Shown in pieces: positions 10,927 to 23,785 of a DNA stretch of 50,275 nt. The DNA is from Octopus bimaculoides (Eukaryota). The DNA lies in the NCBI RefSeq assembly GCF_001194135.2, contig NC_068994.1, positions 16,657,267 through 16,707,541 on the forward strand. The letters run 5' to 3'. The notes under the pieces are model-generated. The model did not search any database, had not been told where the DNA came from, and saw only the letters and a program-made list of their open reading frames with translations. Positions within the stretch are counted from its first letter, which is position 1. The number at the start of each line of letters is the position of its first letter. Position numbers and translations under genes: made by a program.

Positions 10927-11338
10927 GGCAAACGAAAGCAAAATCGAGATGGCACCTGTGCCCGGCATCGTCTTCCTGGCACCTGTGCCCGGCATCGTCT
11001 TCCTGGCACCTGTGCCAGGCATCGTCTTCCTGGCATGTGTAAAGACATTTGAGTGAGATCGTTGCCAGTGCCGCTGGACTGGCTCCTGTGCAGGTGGCAC
11101 ATAAAATACACCATTTTGAACGTTGGCTATTGCCAGTACCGCCTGACTGGCCTTCGTGCCAGTGGCACATAAAAGCAACCACTACACTCTCAGAGTGGTT
11201 GGCGTTAGGAAGGGCATCCAGCTGTAGAAACTCTGCCAAATCAGATTGGATCCTGGTGTAGCCATCTGGTTCACCAGTCCTCAGTCAAATCGTCCAACCC
11301 ATGCTAGCATGGAAAGCAGACGTTAAACAATGATGATG
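10927..11338 (+). mobile_element. Family D repeat with a 27-bp x3 tandem array at its 5' side
   Basis: The unit GGCACCTGTGCCCGGCATCGTCTTCCT occurs three times at 10951-11031, followed by the standard D body and tail. Confidence 0.9.
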
Positions 11339-11502
11339 TATGTATGTATGTATGTATGTATGTATGTGTGTATGTATGTATGTGTGTGTGTGTATATATA
11401 TACAAGAATAAGGGCAGAGAATCGTCAATTAATAATAGAATTAATAATTAACAATTTTGCCAAGTAGTTCAGTATGAAAAAAACCTTTATCGGTAGAACT
11501 AT

Positions 11503-11941
11503 NNNNNNNNNNNNNNNNNNNNNNNNNNNNNNNNNNNNNNNNNNNNNNNNNNNNNNNNNNNNNNNNNNNNNNNNNNNNNNNNNNNNNNNNNNNNNNNNNN
11601 NNNNNNNNNNNNNNNNNNNNNNNNNNNNNNNNNNNNNNNNNNNNNNNNNNNNNNNNNNNNNNNNNNNNNNNNNNNNNNNNNNNNNNNNNNNNNNNNNNNN
11701 NNNNNNNNNNNNNNNNNNNNNNNNNNNNNNNNNNNNNNNNNNNNNNNNNNNNNNNNNNNNNNNNNNNNNNNNNNNNNNNNNNNNNNNNNNNNNNNNNNNN
11801 NNNNNNNNNNNNNNNNNNNNNNNNNNNNNNNNNNNNNNNNNNNNNNNNNNNNNNNNNNNNNNNNNNNNNNNNNNNNNNNNNNNNNNNNNNNNNNNNNNNN
11901 NNNNNNNNNNNNNNNNNNNNNNNNNNNNNNNNNNNNNNNNN
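11503..11941. other. Assembly gap (others at 13943-14565, 16633-16728, 30904-31741 and 41498-41668)
   Basis: Runs of N. Confidence 1.
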
Positions 11942-12010
11942 TGACTGCTATTTCTGAATTTTCAGTATGTTGGAGAAGCAACTCAATTGCTAATCCCTGT
12001 ATATTTATGA

Positions 12011-12050
<40 letters not shown>

Positions 12051-12213
12051 GGCAGGGTTCTTTCAGTTTCCATCTACGAAATCCACTCACAAGGCTTTGG
12101 TCAGCTTGAGGCTATAATAGAAGATACTCATCCAAGGTGCCACACAATGGGACTGAACCTGGAATCATGTGGTTGGAAAGCAAGCTTCTTACCACACAGC
12201 CATGCCTGCACCT
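12051..12213 (-). mobile_element. SINE family A (tRNA-like head, CORE/V-like body, internal microsatellite), 5' part
   Basis: Reverse complement of the family A head GCAGGAGTGGCTGTGTGGTAAG...GGCACCTTGGGCAAGTGTCTTCTAC. Confidence 0.85.
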
Positions 12214-12428
12214 ATAAGAAAAAAAAAACACATACAATGAAAATGAGTTTTAAAAAATCAGTTTGGCCAATGGCGAGATAACAAGAACAAAGAAAGGTAT
12301 CCTAAATGCCATCCAAGATAAATTCTTGATTTATTGAAATTATCTTCATTTTGAGAGAAAGGGATACAAGCATCTTAAGGTAATTGCCACTACTTTAGGA
12401 AACTGCCAGGAAGCACATTATATGTGTC

Positions 12429-12823
12429 TTTTATCTTTTTCTTGTTTCAGTCATTTGACTGTGGTCATGCTGGGGCACTGTCTTGAAGGGTTTTAGTTGA
12501 ACAAATCAACCCCAGGACTTATTTTTAAGCCTAGTAATTATCCTATTGGTCTCTCTTGCTGAACCGCTAAGTTATGAGGACATAAACACACCAAAACCAG
12601 TTGTCAAGTGGTGGTGGGGCAAACACAGACAGAAACACACACACACACACACATTTTAAGTTTCTATCTACCAAAATTTCTATCTACCAAATCCACTCAT
12701 GGACCTTTGGTCAGGCTGAGGCTACAGTAGAAGACACTTGCCCAAAATGTCACACAGTGGGACTGAACCCAGAACCATGTGGTTGGGAAGCAAGCTTCTT
12801 ACCACACAACCATGTCTGTGCCT
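12429..12823 (-). mobile_element. SINE family A, full length, diverged
   Basis: Head, (CA)n spacer and GTCAAATGACTGAAACAAG tail are all present. Confidence 0.85.
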
Positions 12824-13389
12824 ATGTATGTATATAATGTATACAACAGGCTCCTATGCAATTTCAATCTACTAGTTTTATTTTAGGCTTGGTCATCACT
12901 AAGTAATAGAAGACATTCCCCCAAGGTGCTGCACAGTGGGACTGAACCTAAGATCATGTGGTTGTGAAGCAGACTTCTTAACACTCCCCCCCCCCCCCAC
13001 ACACACATCTTTATGATTTATCTTATGTTTTGTCATTAGACAGCAGCCATCTGCAATGGAGAGCACTAGTGGACCTGGTCAACTCTACACATGGTGATGC
13101 CTCTGGGACCACTAACTTGGAATGACCCCAGCCCCATCAAGCAAAAGTATGAAGCAAAACAGCCAAGCTAACTCAATATTGTTATTTTGAGTACTACCAA
13201 TAAACACATGCCATGCTGTGAACATTCACGTCATTTGCTATAGATTTTTACTGAACCAGTCCTAGATTCATTGCTTTCTCATGCATTGTCTGTCACTCAG
13301 TGCAAAGCAAATACTGTAAAGTTTTAAAGAGCAGTGCTCTTGGTTTAATTACTAAAGTATATTTACTGAACAATATATGTAAGCACAAT

Positions 13390-13504
13390 TCAAGTCTACA
13401 GTAGAAGATGCTTGCTCAAAGTGTCACAAAGCAGGACTGAATCCAAAGCTGCATTGTTCTGAAGCAAGCCACTTAACCATACAGCTGTGTGTGCGTGTGT
13501 GCAT

Positions 13505-13559
<55 letters not shown>

Positions 13560-13880
13560 AGGTTGTGTGGTTAAGGTGTTTCTTTCCCAACCACACAATT
13601 TCAGGTTCAGTTCCCCTGTGTTGCACCTTGGGCAATTGTCCTGGATAGACAGAAATTGTATGGAATCCCATTGAGTGTGTAAGTGTGTGTGTGTGTGTGT
13701 CCATGTCTGTATTTACATCGCCTGTGTTTGTATTTACATCAAATTGTGTCCCATAACTTAGCAGTTTGACAAATAATAATCAATAACTTAAAAAACTAAA
13801 TACTGATGTCTATATTATTGATTAAACCCTTGAAGTTGGTGCTCCAGCTTGTGCAGTCAAATGACTGAAACCAATACTAG
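13390..13880. mobile_element. Two degenerate SINE family A fragments, head to head across a (CA)n tract
   Basis: Minus-strand head at 13390-13500; plus-strand head and body from 13555 onward. Confidence 0.65.
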
Positions 13881-14565
13881 GACATGTATATATATATATG
13901 TATATATATGTATATATATGTATATATATATATATATATATANNNNNNNNNNNNNNNNNNNNNNNNNNNNNNNNNNNNNNNNNNNNNNNNNNNNNNNNNN
14001 NNNNNNNNNNNNNNNNNNNNNNNNNNNNNNNNNNNNNNNNNNNNNNNNNNNNNNNNNNNNNNNNNNNNNNNNNNNNNNNNNNNNNNNNNNNNNNNNNNNN
14101 NNNNNNNNNNNNNNNNNNNNNNNNNNNNNNNNNNNNNNNNNNNNNNNNNNNNNNNNNNNNNNNNNNNNNNNNNNNNNNNNNNNNNNNNNNNNNNNNNNNN
14201 NNNNNNNNNNNNNNNNNNNNNNNNNNNNNNNNNNNNNNNNNNNNNNNNNNNNNNNNNNNNNNNNNNNNNNNNNNNNNNNNNNNNNNNNNNNNNNNNNNNN
14301 NNNNNNNNNNNNNNNNNNNNNNNNNNNNNNNNNNNNNNNNNNNNNNNNNNNNNNNNNNNNNNNNNNNNNNNNNNNNNNNNNNNNNNNNNNNNNNNNNNNN
14401 NNNNNNNNNNNNNNNNNNNNNNNNNNNNNNNNNNNNNNNNNNNNNNNNNNNNNNNNNNNNNNNNNNNNNNNNNNNNNNNNNNNNNNNNNNNNNNNNNNNN
14501 NNNNNNNNNNNNNNNNNNNNNNNNNNNNNNNNNNNNNNNNNNNNNNNNNNNNNNNNNNNNNNNNN

Positions 14566-15459
14566 GGGTGGAGCATTGTTTTCCATTCAAACTGCTCCAG
14601 CCTTTGATGGAAAAACACCTTTCGTCTTGAAACCAAAGATGGTAATTTTTCTTCCGCTCAAGCTGCTTGCAGTAGATCGCCTTTGTTTTGTTTGGTTTGG
14701 GTTTAAAACTTCAAAGTGGACTAAACCTTTCATATCCCACCAAACAGATAACAACACTTTATGTGGGTGAAGACATTCTTTAGCCTGGGGTGCCGGTGTT
14801 TCTCCTTTCCCTACCCACTGTCTTCGGCACTTGACATTTTTATAGAGAACCCATTTCTTGTCACCAGTCACTATTTGGTCCAAAAATAGTTCATTTGTGA
14901 GACGTGACAGCAAAGAAGAGTACACATTCACTCTCTGCGTGCAATTAGACCTGGAAAATTTGTGAGGAACCCGTTGACCCAATTTTCTGACTTTTCCAAT
15001 GGCATGCAGGTGTTGATGAATGGTTGAATGACCAAATCCAAGCTTCTCTGCTAGTTCCTCAACAGTTACAATGGGATTTTGTTCCACCAGGGTTTGCAGG
15101 ACATCCTCATCAAGCTCTACAGATCTTCCAAGATGAGGCTCGTTTTCTAGGCTGTAGTTTCCGGCTCAGAATTTCTGGAACCACTGCTGACACTGGCTTA
15201 TACTTATTGTCCGATCCCCATATACTGCCTTAATATTCCTCACACTTTCTGTTGCATTGTTGTTTTTATTGAACTCATAAAGCAAAATATGCCACATATG
15301 CTCTTTTGTCACTTCCATTATAGCTTTGAAAAAATAACTATTAAAATCAAACTGCACTCTTCAGAACTTGCACTAAGAATAAGGACAAGGTAAAATTATT
15401 ACCTGACTTTTAGTTCATGGAATTAAAAAAAACCGCATTATTTATCAGATGACCCAATA
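14566..15459 (-). mobile_element. Decayed mariner (DD34D-type) transposon; 3' part lost in a gap
   Basis: Frameshifted transposase pieces: MEVTKEHMWHILLYEF (HTH), RVPHKF, IVTGDKKW, LHPHKVLLSVWWD and ENNAPP. TA-flanked TIR TATTGGGTCATCTGATAAATAATGCGG at about 15432-15459. Confidence 0.92.
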
Positions 15460-15460
15460 T

Positions 15461-15462
<2 letters not shown>

Positions 15463-15530
<68 letters not shown>
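15463..15530. repeat. (GT)n microsatellite
   Basis: Direct inspection. Confidence 0.98.
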
Positions 15531-15532
<2 letters not shown>

Positions 15533-15847
15533 TGGTGCCACTTATAAGGCCAAATTCCAAATGCCCTACAAATCAGACTACCTAAAGCTTAAAAGGCTGA
15601 ATACTCAAAACATTGAATTTGAAATATGAAAACATTTGTTTACAGTTTTAAAAGAGAGTTTATTTGAGTAACATAACATATTTACTTTTTTTTATTATGT
15701 TACATCAGAATAACTAAGGCAAGTGAGATATGGTGAGCATGTATACTTGCAAATAAAAAGAAAATAATAATAATCGAAGTGTGTTGCAGGGATATGATGC
15801 TGACATAAGTGAAAATGATATGGTTTACTTATCAATTATTTCCAATT

Positions 15848-16075
15848 TTAACCCTTTAGCATTTAAACCAGCCATATCCAGTCAAAATGTTCTATCTATT
15901 TTATGCTCAAACTGGTCAGGTCTAGACTCTCACATCTATACTACAGTGTAATTCTAAAAGTAACAATCACGTCTTTAAAACCTCAAAAGTTATAAGATAA
16001 TGTGTGGTCAATTCAAAACGGTGTAAATGAATAAGCATTACATTTAACAGAGTAATCTGAATGTTGAAGAGTTAA
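15848..16075 (+). mobile_element. piggyBac-type MITE family M1
   Basis: TTAA-CCCTTTAGCAT...ATGTTGAAGAG-TTAA. Confidence 0.85.
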
Positions 16076-16121
16076 AATTCTTTCATTATTGAATATTTTT
16101 CTTTTTCTTTTAATACAAATG

Positions 16122-16533
16122 TAAGCAGGAGTGGCTGTGTGGTAAGTAGCTTGCTTACCAACCACATGGTTCCGGGTTCAGTCCCACTGTGTGGCACCTT
16201 GGGCAAGTGTCTTCTACTATAGCCTCGAGCCGACCAAAGCCTTGTGAGTGGATTTTGTAGACAGAAACTGAAAGAAGCCTATCGTATATATGTATATGAA
16301 TATATATATATATGTATGTGTGTGTATATGTTTGTGTCTGTGTTTGTCCCCCCAACATCGCTTGACAACCGATGCTGGTGTGCTTACGTCCCCGTAACTT
16401 AGCGGTTCGGCAAAAGAGACTGATAGAATACTAGGCTGACAAAGAATAAGTCCTGGGATCGATTTGCTCGACTAAAGGCGGTGCTCCAGCATGGCCGCAG
16501 TCAAATGACTGAAACAAGTAAAAGAGTAAGAGT
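16122..16533 (+). mobile_element. SINE family A, full length, young
   Basis: GCAGGAGTGGCTGTGTGGTAAG A-box, GGTTCAGTCC B-box, internal (TA/TG)n, and tail AAACAAGTAAAAGAGT. Possibly one of the described octopus tRNA-derived SINEs (OK/OR type; not verified). Confidence 0.9.
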
Positions 16534-16840
16534 ATACCAAATAATTAAAAGGCTGGATTTATATGTTGGGATTATGCAATGAAAGAAGGAAGGCAATGGG
16601 AAATAAGCAAGTGCACAAATCTGCTTTTGATTNNNNNNNNNNNNNNNNNNNNNNNNNNNNNNNNNNNNNNNNNNNNNNNNNNNNNNNNNNNNNNNNNNNN
16701 NNNNNNNNNNNNNNNNNNNNNNNNNNNNGAGAATTTAAAGAAAGAAAATATTTGCTAAATAAATTAAGTTTTTGATTATGCCTTTGATATTGTATCCCTG
16801 AAATGTACTTTTATTTATTTCTTTTCATGGTTAATAGATT

Positions 16841-18019
16841 TAAGGGTCAGCTGAAAAGTTCGCAGGCTGATCAAGATACTTTCATGGAATGTGACCAAAT
16901 GAGTTTTATTTTTCAACATAGTCTCCTTTGCTGCCCACACACTTCTTCCATCAGTGTTGCAGTGTTTGGATCCCATTGGTGAAGAAGCTTGCATCTTGTT
17001 GGTCAAAAAAGTCATCAACAGCTGATATAAAGATCATCATCACTGCAATATTAGTTCCCAGCCAAGTGTTTTTTCATGTTGGGGAACAGATGATAGTCAG
17101 ATGGGGCCAAACCAGTACAATAGGGAGGGTGATCAATCAGTTCAAAGCCACAATAATTGAAACCAAGGACTTATGTGCTGGAGCATTGTCCTGATGAAAT
17201 AAGAACCCTTTCATCAGTTTTTCTGGGCATTTTGTCTTGATAACTTTTTGTAATTGCCTCAGCAAGTTGATATAGTACTCTCCATTGATGGTGTGGTCCT
17301 TTTGCAGATATTCACTAACCACAGTGCCATCAACTGAAGCCATCACCTTCCCTGCAAATGAAACAACATTGGCCATCTTTGGGGCAGATGGATTGTCTCT
17401 TTATCTCTGGCTCAAAGTGATGAACCCAAGACTCATCCTGGGTTAGGAAACGTTCAAGTTAACCAGCTAGATCTGCCTCAAACAATGTCAGATTTTCGCA
17501 TGATGTGATCAGCCTGATGCGCTTTTTGCCACCAAGCAGAAACCTTCATCATGCCAAGTTCATTGTGCAGAATATTCTCACCTCTCTCACAGGATATGCT
17601 AATAGCATTGGCTATCTGATTTATGGTCAATTGCCTGTCATCCATCACCATGTGGTGAAAATGATCAATGTTTACCTTGGTGATCACAATTACAGGATGT
17701 CCAGACCTTGGGTCATCTCCATTTTAAATTCAGCTGTTCACTTTTGCACTGTTGATAAAGCTGGAGCATTATCCCCTAATGTAGCATCCATGTCAGCATG
17801 AATGTTATTGAGGGGGCTAATGCCTTTTTCTGCAGGAACTTGATAATGATACAATGCTAGATTTTGTCAATTTTCAAGAGAAGTCACTTCTAGAAGTATT
17901 CTTTGAACAGTCAGATGTCAGTTTACCTGGAAAGAAACAATGCAGTTATTAATAAGAAGAGGCTGAATTAATGCTTGGAAATTTTCACAGCTGTAGCATC
18001 ACTCCTTCATGATCAGCCT
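16841..18019 (-). mobile_element. Decayed mariner transposon, second subfamily
   Basis: Fragments KVSAWW, TQDESWVHHFEPE, AGKVMASV, HQDNAPAH, HPPYCTGLAPSD and WKKCVGSKGDYVEK. TIR-like AGGGTCAGCTGAAAAGTTC at 16843; the other TIR is truncated. Confidence 0.92.
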
Positions 18020-18815
18020 TTCCAAATGCCAATGTGGAATGGATGCTGTTAAGCATATTTGATGCAATCATATAAAACGTTTTGTGAAGATAGAGAAAGA
18101 AACTGAAATGTTTAATCATAACTTTGCTTGAGTTTGAAGATATTTAAGAAACACACACACACTCACACACACACACACTCACAGACACACACACTCACAC
18201 ACACACACACTCACACACACACACTCACACACACACACACTAAAGATCTTACTGAGATCTTAACTTATAAGTAATAACAACCCTGTGATAAGTTCTAACT
18301 AAAGATCATCTTTTTCTCCATTCATTTATTCTCCATCTTTCGTGTGATTTAACATTTTCATAATTTCATCTCTTTAAACTCCTTCACTGCAAAATTAAAT
18401 TTATGGTCATTCCGGTCATGATAAATATCTACTAAAAATAGATTTGGTATTTTCTGCAAGTCACATTGCTTCAGTAAACGTGACATATCTCAACAGTAAA
18501 ATAGTTTCAACAAAATATAGATTGGTATATAAATTGCAGTCCACAGTTAAGAGCAATGATATTTTGATTGGATGTATCTGCTTTCCGCAGCAAAAGGGTT
18601 AAATACTAAGCTGAGTGCCTGCTATGTGTGTATGCACTTGCTACATAGGATGAGTATTATAAGTACGTTCAAAGAATAGGAGTAATTGCTATGTAATTTA
18701 GTATAGGTAGTGCGAGGACAAAGAAAACAGAGACTGGACACCAGGACAGCCAAAAATCTTGGTATTATAATAGATAGTAAGACTTTGCTTTAGTTGTAAT
18801 TAATATATGTCATTC

Positions 18816-18963
18816 CTGTGTGGTAAGAAGCTTGCTTCCCAACCACATGGTTCTGGGTTCAGTCCCACTGTGTGGCACCTTGGGCAAGTGTCTTCTACTA
18901 TAGCCTCAGACTGACCAAAGCCCTGCGAGTGGATTTGGTAGACAGAAACTGAAAGAAACCCAT

Positions 18964-19036
<73 letters not shown>

Positions 19037-19061
19037 GTGTGTGTGTGTGTGTATATATATA

Positions 19062-19092
<31 letters not shown>

Positions 19093-19298
19093 GTGCCTGT
19101 GTCTGTCCACCTATTACCATCTGACAACCGGTGTTGGTGTGTTTACATCCCTGTAAGTTAGCAGTTCAGCAAAAGAAACCAATAGAAGTACACGGCTTTA
19201 AAAATATAAGTCCTGGGGTCAATTTATTTGACTAAAATTCGTGAAGGCAACACCGTATGACCACAGTCAAATGACTGAAACAAGTAAAAGATAAAAGA
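18816..19298 (+). mobile_element. SINE family A with expanded (GT)n
   Basis: Same head, body and tail as 16122-16533. Confidence 0.9.
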
Positions 19299-19486
19299 TC
19301 TGTTATTGAAGACAAATGGATGTGATAATCAAAACTAATGAAAATTAAATCTTTATTACTGTCAGATGCAATTTGTGATGTTAAAGAATAAATAAAAGTC
19401 GTAATTGAATTCCCCAGATACAAATTGAGACCATTAAAGAAATTAAGTTGGAATTCTTGATCAAATACTGTAGTTTAGTTATACAT

Positions 19487-19649
19487 AGGCGCAGGAGTGG
19501 CTGTGTGGTAAGTAGCTTGCATACCAACCACATGGTTCCTGGTTCAGTCCCACTGCGTGGCACCTTGGGCAAGTGTCTTCTACTATAGCCTCGGGCCGAC
19601 CAAAGCCTTGTGAGTGGATTTGGTAGATGGAAACTGAAAGAAGCCCATC

Positions 19650-19715
<66 letters not shown>

Positions 19716-19928
19716 ATGTTATTTATGTGTTTGTCCCCCAACATCGCTTGACAACCGATGCTGGTTATGTTTAGGTACCCGTAACTTAGCGGTTCAGCAA
19801 AAGAGACCAATAGAATAAGTACTAGGCTTACAAAGAATAAGTCCTGGGGTCGATTTGATTCGACTAAAAGGCGGTGCTCCAGCATGGCCACAGTCAAATG
19901 ACTGAAACAAGTAAAAGAGTAAAAGAGA
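19487..19928 (+). mobile_element. SINE family A, full length, young
   Basis: AGGCGCAGGAGTGGCTGTGTGG...AAAAGAGTAAAAGAG. Confidence 0.92.
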
Positions 19929-22141
19929 GTTGTCATAACTAAGCTGGTGTTTTGGAACAAACTAACCTGTAGTTTTGATGGAGAAAAAAGAAAAACAATC
20001 TCTATATCTCTGAGTAATCTGTATTGTTGTTGTTATTGTTTAGACCCCAGGTTAGTTTTGATAGAATAGACATATAATCCAAGACATTCCACCCACGACC
20101 ATTCTCTTATTTTCTATTCCAAGGAGATCATTTTTCTCTGTTCTCTTTTTAAGGGGGTACAGACACAGTATAATTTGTTGGGAGATTTGGTTACAAATCA
20201 AGTAACTGCATAGAAGCTCCTTTGTTTTTATAAGTGCTTATGCTTGCTTATGTTTGTGTTTGCATGCATGAGCAAGTATATTCTTGTGTATAGAAAAGTG
20301 TGTGAAGGGGGTTCTTTATTTTCTTTGCATGGATGTATAATGTTATGGTTTTTCCTATTCAACGATCTCAGTCAGATCTTCTTGGATAGATGTGTAAATT
20401 GGCACACTGTTGGTTACAACAATGTGGATTCCAGTTGATTCTATTAATGGAACAGCCTGCTCATGAAATTAACGTGCAAGTGGCTGAGCACTCCACAGAC
20501 ATGTGTATCCTTAATGTAGTTCTCAGAGAGACTCAGTGTAACCCGGAATGTGACAAGGCTGGCCCTTTGAAAGACAGGTACTGTTTATGTTTCCCAGCCG
20601 AGTGTACTGGAGTGATGTAAAGTGAAGTGTCTTGTTCAAGAACACAACATGCCACCAGAAATCAAAGGATTGTGAGCTGAATACTTCTAACCACTAAGCC
20701 AATATCCTTCACCAGATGTGCATTACAGAGTTAGTTAACTGAACACTTAAAGTCAGCCTTTATATCATGCCCCTGCTCAATTTCATCAGGCCTCTTCTGA
20801 GCTGGAATTAGGCTATGAATTTTACCATTGGTTGTGTTGCATGCAGCTTGAAAATCAGAATATGATGTGATTGTTTTCTTGTATGTTCAAAAAGTCTGTT
20901 AGTGGCTGGAGTGAAGATGATCTCTGATATATGTAGTCATGTTCAGCTGTATTATAGTTCATAGAAACTGTTTAGGTTGAGGCATTCCTCACAAATTTAC
21001 ATAGTATTTTAATTTCAATATTTTTGTACCATTTTACTTATGATCTATTGGGGTGTAGCATGTTACCTAAGTGTTATTCAGCTTGCAAACTACAGCAGCA
21101 TTTGAACTCAGAGCAGTGCATTTACTGAACTATAAAGCAGACATTGTGTCTTTCTAATGTCACATCTATCTCTAATACCTTAAAAAAATGATTCAACTTG
21201 CAAACTACAGCAGAATTTGAACTCAGAATAATAGAGTTATCCTTCTGACAACCTAAAAAATAGCAAGAGAACTAAACAAGAATCAAGCCTATATCTCTTG
21301 ATTAAAATCCAAGTGCATTGCCATTTTTCTTGCAAGTGCTTGTGTTAAGAATTCAAGGAAAGTAAGTGTATAATAGAATTACTATCTCATAATATTGATT
21401 TCATTTACCTGAAGGAGTTTAAAGAATGGTTAGCGAAAGCATATGTGTGAGTGTGTCTTATAAACAAATGTTTAAAGATTGATGTAGTCTAGAAATATTG
21501 TTTATCTTATTAATTCTGACATGTTTGAATAATTAAAAATAAATAAAACTAACAACTAGCACTTGCCAAGTTTGGAGGGAGATTAAATAACCGTTTCTAG
21601 CAAACATTAAACAATATTATCTTGACTCATAAGAAGTCCAGAACAGTGAGGATTGTATGTGAACAAAAAATACTTGCATTCATACAAGTGGAAATGTTTG
21701 TCTTCCTTCTCATTATAAAATAAATAAATATTAATAAATAAAATTTAAAAAACTGAGTTGTAAATGTGTAAAATTCTTCAACATCTTTTTTTATAATATT
21801 ATTTCCAACACTGTAAAAAATGTGTAACTAAGTAGGAATGGTAAAAAAAGACTACCATTTGAAGATTCATATTCACACCAGGCATTTTTTTATGTCTCAA
21901 AGTAAGGTACTTAACAACTTTGTAATCCTACACCAGCTATGTTTCTCATAGGGGTGGGGGGTTCCTTTGTGACCCCACACTGCCTATGTGTTTCATATAG
22001 AGATGGGGCTGTAAGGATTGAAAGGAGGGCAGATAATATACCATGTTTAATATAATTTAAGAACGAAGAATTACAAAGGCACTTGCTCTGTTTTGTTTTC
22101 TCATTAATAGTGTAGAATGCAGGGCAGGGTAAAACATTTCA

Positions 22142-22240
22142 TTAACCTTTTTGTGACCATATTTCTGTTGAAATATAATTCCTTTGTTTCTATTAATTTT
22201 GAAAATAATGAAGAATTTAGTAAAATAACTTTGTCATTAT
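22142..22240 (-). mobile_element. MITE family M2 terminal fragment
   Basis: The reverse complement matches 1727-1779 joined to 2001-2025, without the captured segment. Confidence 0.75.
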
Positions 22241-22850
22241 AGGCATAGGCATGGCCGTGTGGTATGAAGTCTGCTTCCCAACCACATGGTTCCAGGTTCA
22301 GTCCCACTGCGAGACACCTTAGGCTGACCACAGCCGTGTAAGTGGATTTGGTAGACAGAAACTGAAAGGCAGTGAGCTGGCAGAAACGTTAGCACGAAAT
22401 GTTTATCAGTATTTTGTCTGCTGTTATGTTCTGAGTTCAAGTCCCACTGAGGTCGACTTTGCCTTTCATCCTTTTGGGGTCGATAGATTAAGTACCAGTT
22501 ACGCACTGGGGTCGATGTAATCAACTTAATCCCTTTGTCTGTCCTTGCTTGTCCCCTCTATGTTTAGCCCCTTGTGGGCAATAAAGAAATAAGAAACTGA
22601 AAGAAGACCATCATGTATGTGTTTGTGTGTGTGTGTGTGTATCTTTGTGTCTGTGTTTGTACCCCACCACTGCTTGACAACCAGTGTTAGTGTGTTTATG
22701 TCCCTGTAACTTAGCAGTCTGGCAATAGAGACCAATAGAATAAATACCAGGTTTCAAAATAAATAATACTGGGTTCAATTTGTTCGACTAAACTTCTTCA
22801 AGGTGGTGTCCTAACATGGCCACAGTCTGTTAACTGAAACAAGTAAAAGA
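22241..22850 (+). mobile_element. SINE family A with a nested family B copy (22369-22591)
   Basis: The B copy is flanked by the 12-bp TSD AGAAACTGAAAG at 22357-22368 and 22592-22603. Confidence 0.9.
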
Positions 22851-23647
22851 TTATTGGGCCAAGTGTTTGGAACATAAATTAACATGGAATTTTGATGGAA
22901 GACTTATTTTGAAATCTAGATTACTGTAAACAGGAAGCTTGTATCATTGAACAAAGTACAATCTCAGAAAAAACTAGTAAGTAAAATGGTAATATATTTT
23001 GGTGGAGCCTTGTATTTGTCAGTTTCAGAACTGCTGATGGAGTGTTTGGGACATAAAATTCTTTTACACAATATGAATCCTCATCATCATTATTTAGCAT
23101 CTGTTTTCCATGCTGGCATGGGTTTGATGGTTTGACTGGAACTGTTAAGCTGGAGAGCTGCCCCAGGCTGTTGTCTGTTTTGGCTCAGTTTCTATGGCTG
23201 GATGCCCTTTCTAATGCCAACCATTCTAGAAAGTGTACCAGGTGCCTCTTACATGTCACTGGTATGGGTGCCTTTTACATATCACTGGTGCTGGCCAGGA
23301 ATACAGGACAGGTTTGGTGTTAAAGAACCAGAGACACTCTCAGGTAGGCTGGCATCAAAAGGGTTTGTTCAATGTAGCCTTAGTTTTCCCTGCTGGAGAA
23401 TATATATGATAGTTTTTTTTCCTTATGTTTCTATGAATGTGTGTGTGTGGAAGAAAAAAATTATCTCTATACTCTTCAACATTCCTCTGTCTTCCTCAAC
23501 TCTTGACTCATTGGTCATCCACCCTTCAACCTTATCCAATTTTTTACAGTTGCAGTCTACCTTTCCATACAAGCTTTCACATCCCATCTGCCCACTCACC
23601 TCTATTCACTTCATCTCCACTATTTATCTTTTCACGACTCCTACTAA

Positions 23648-23652
<5 letters not shown>

Positions 23653-23679
<27 letters not shown>

Positions 23680-23698
23680 CCCCCCTCTCTCTCTCTCC

Positions 23699-23782
<84 letters not shown>
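23653..23782. repeat. (CT)n microsatellite
   Basis: Direct inspection. Confidence 0.98.

Positions 23783-23785
<3 letters not shown>

Noticed and set aside
10951-11035. 27-bp x3 repeat as a CRISPR array or repeat protein (PGTGARKTM)
   Set aside because: No spacers and no cas genes; it is a tandem slippage inside a eukaryotic retroposon.
11474-14770. Long ORFs spanning X runs (also 30797-31790 and 41407-41862)
   Set aside because: Artefacts of N gaps.
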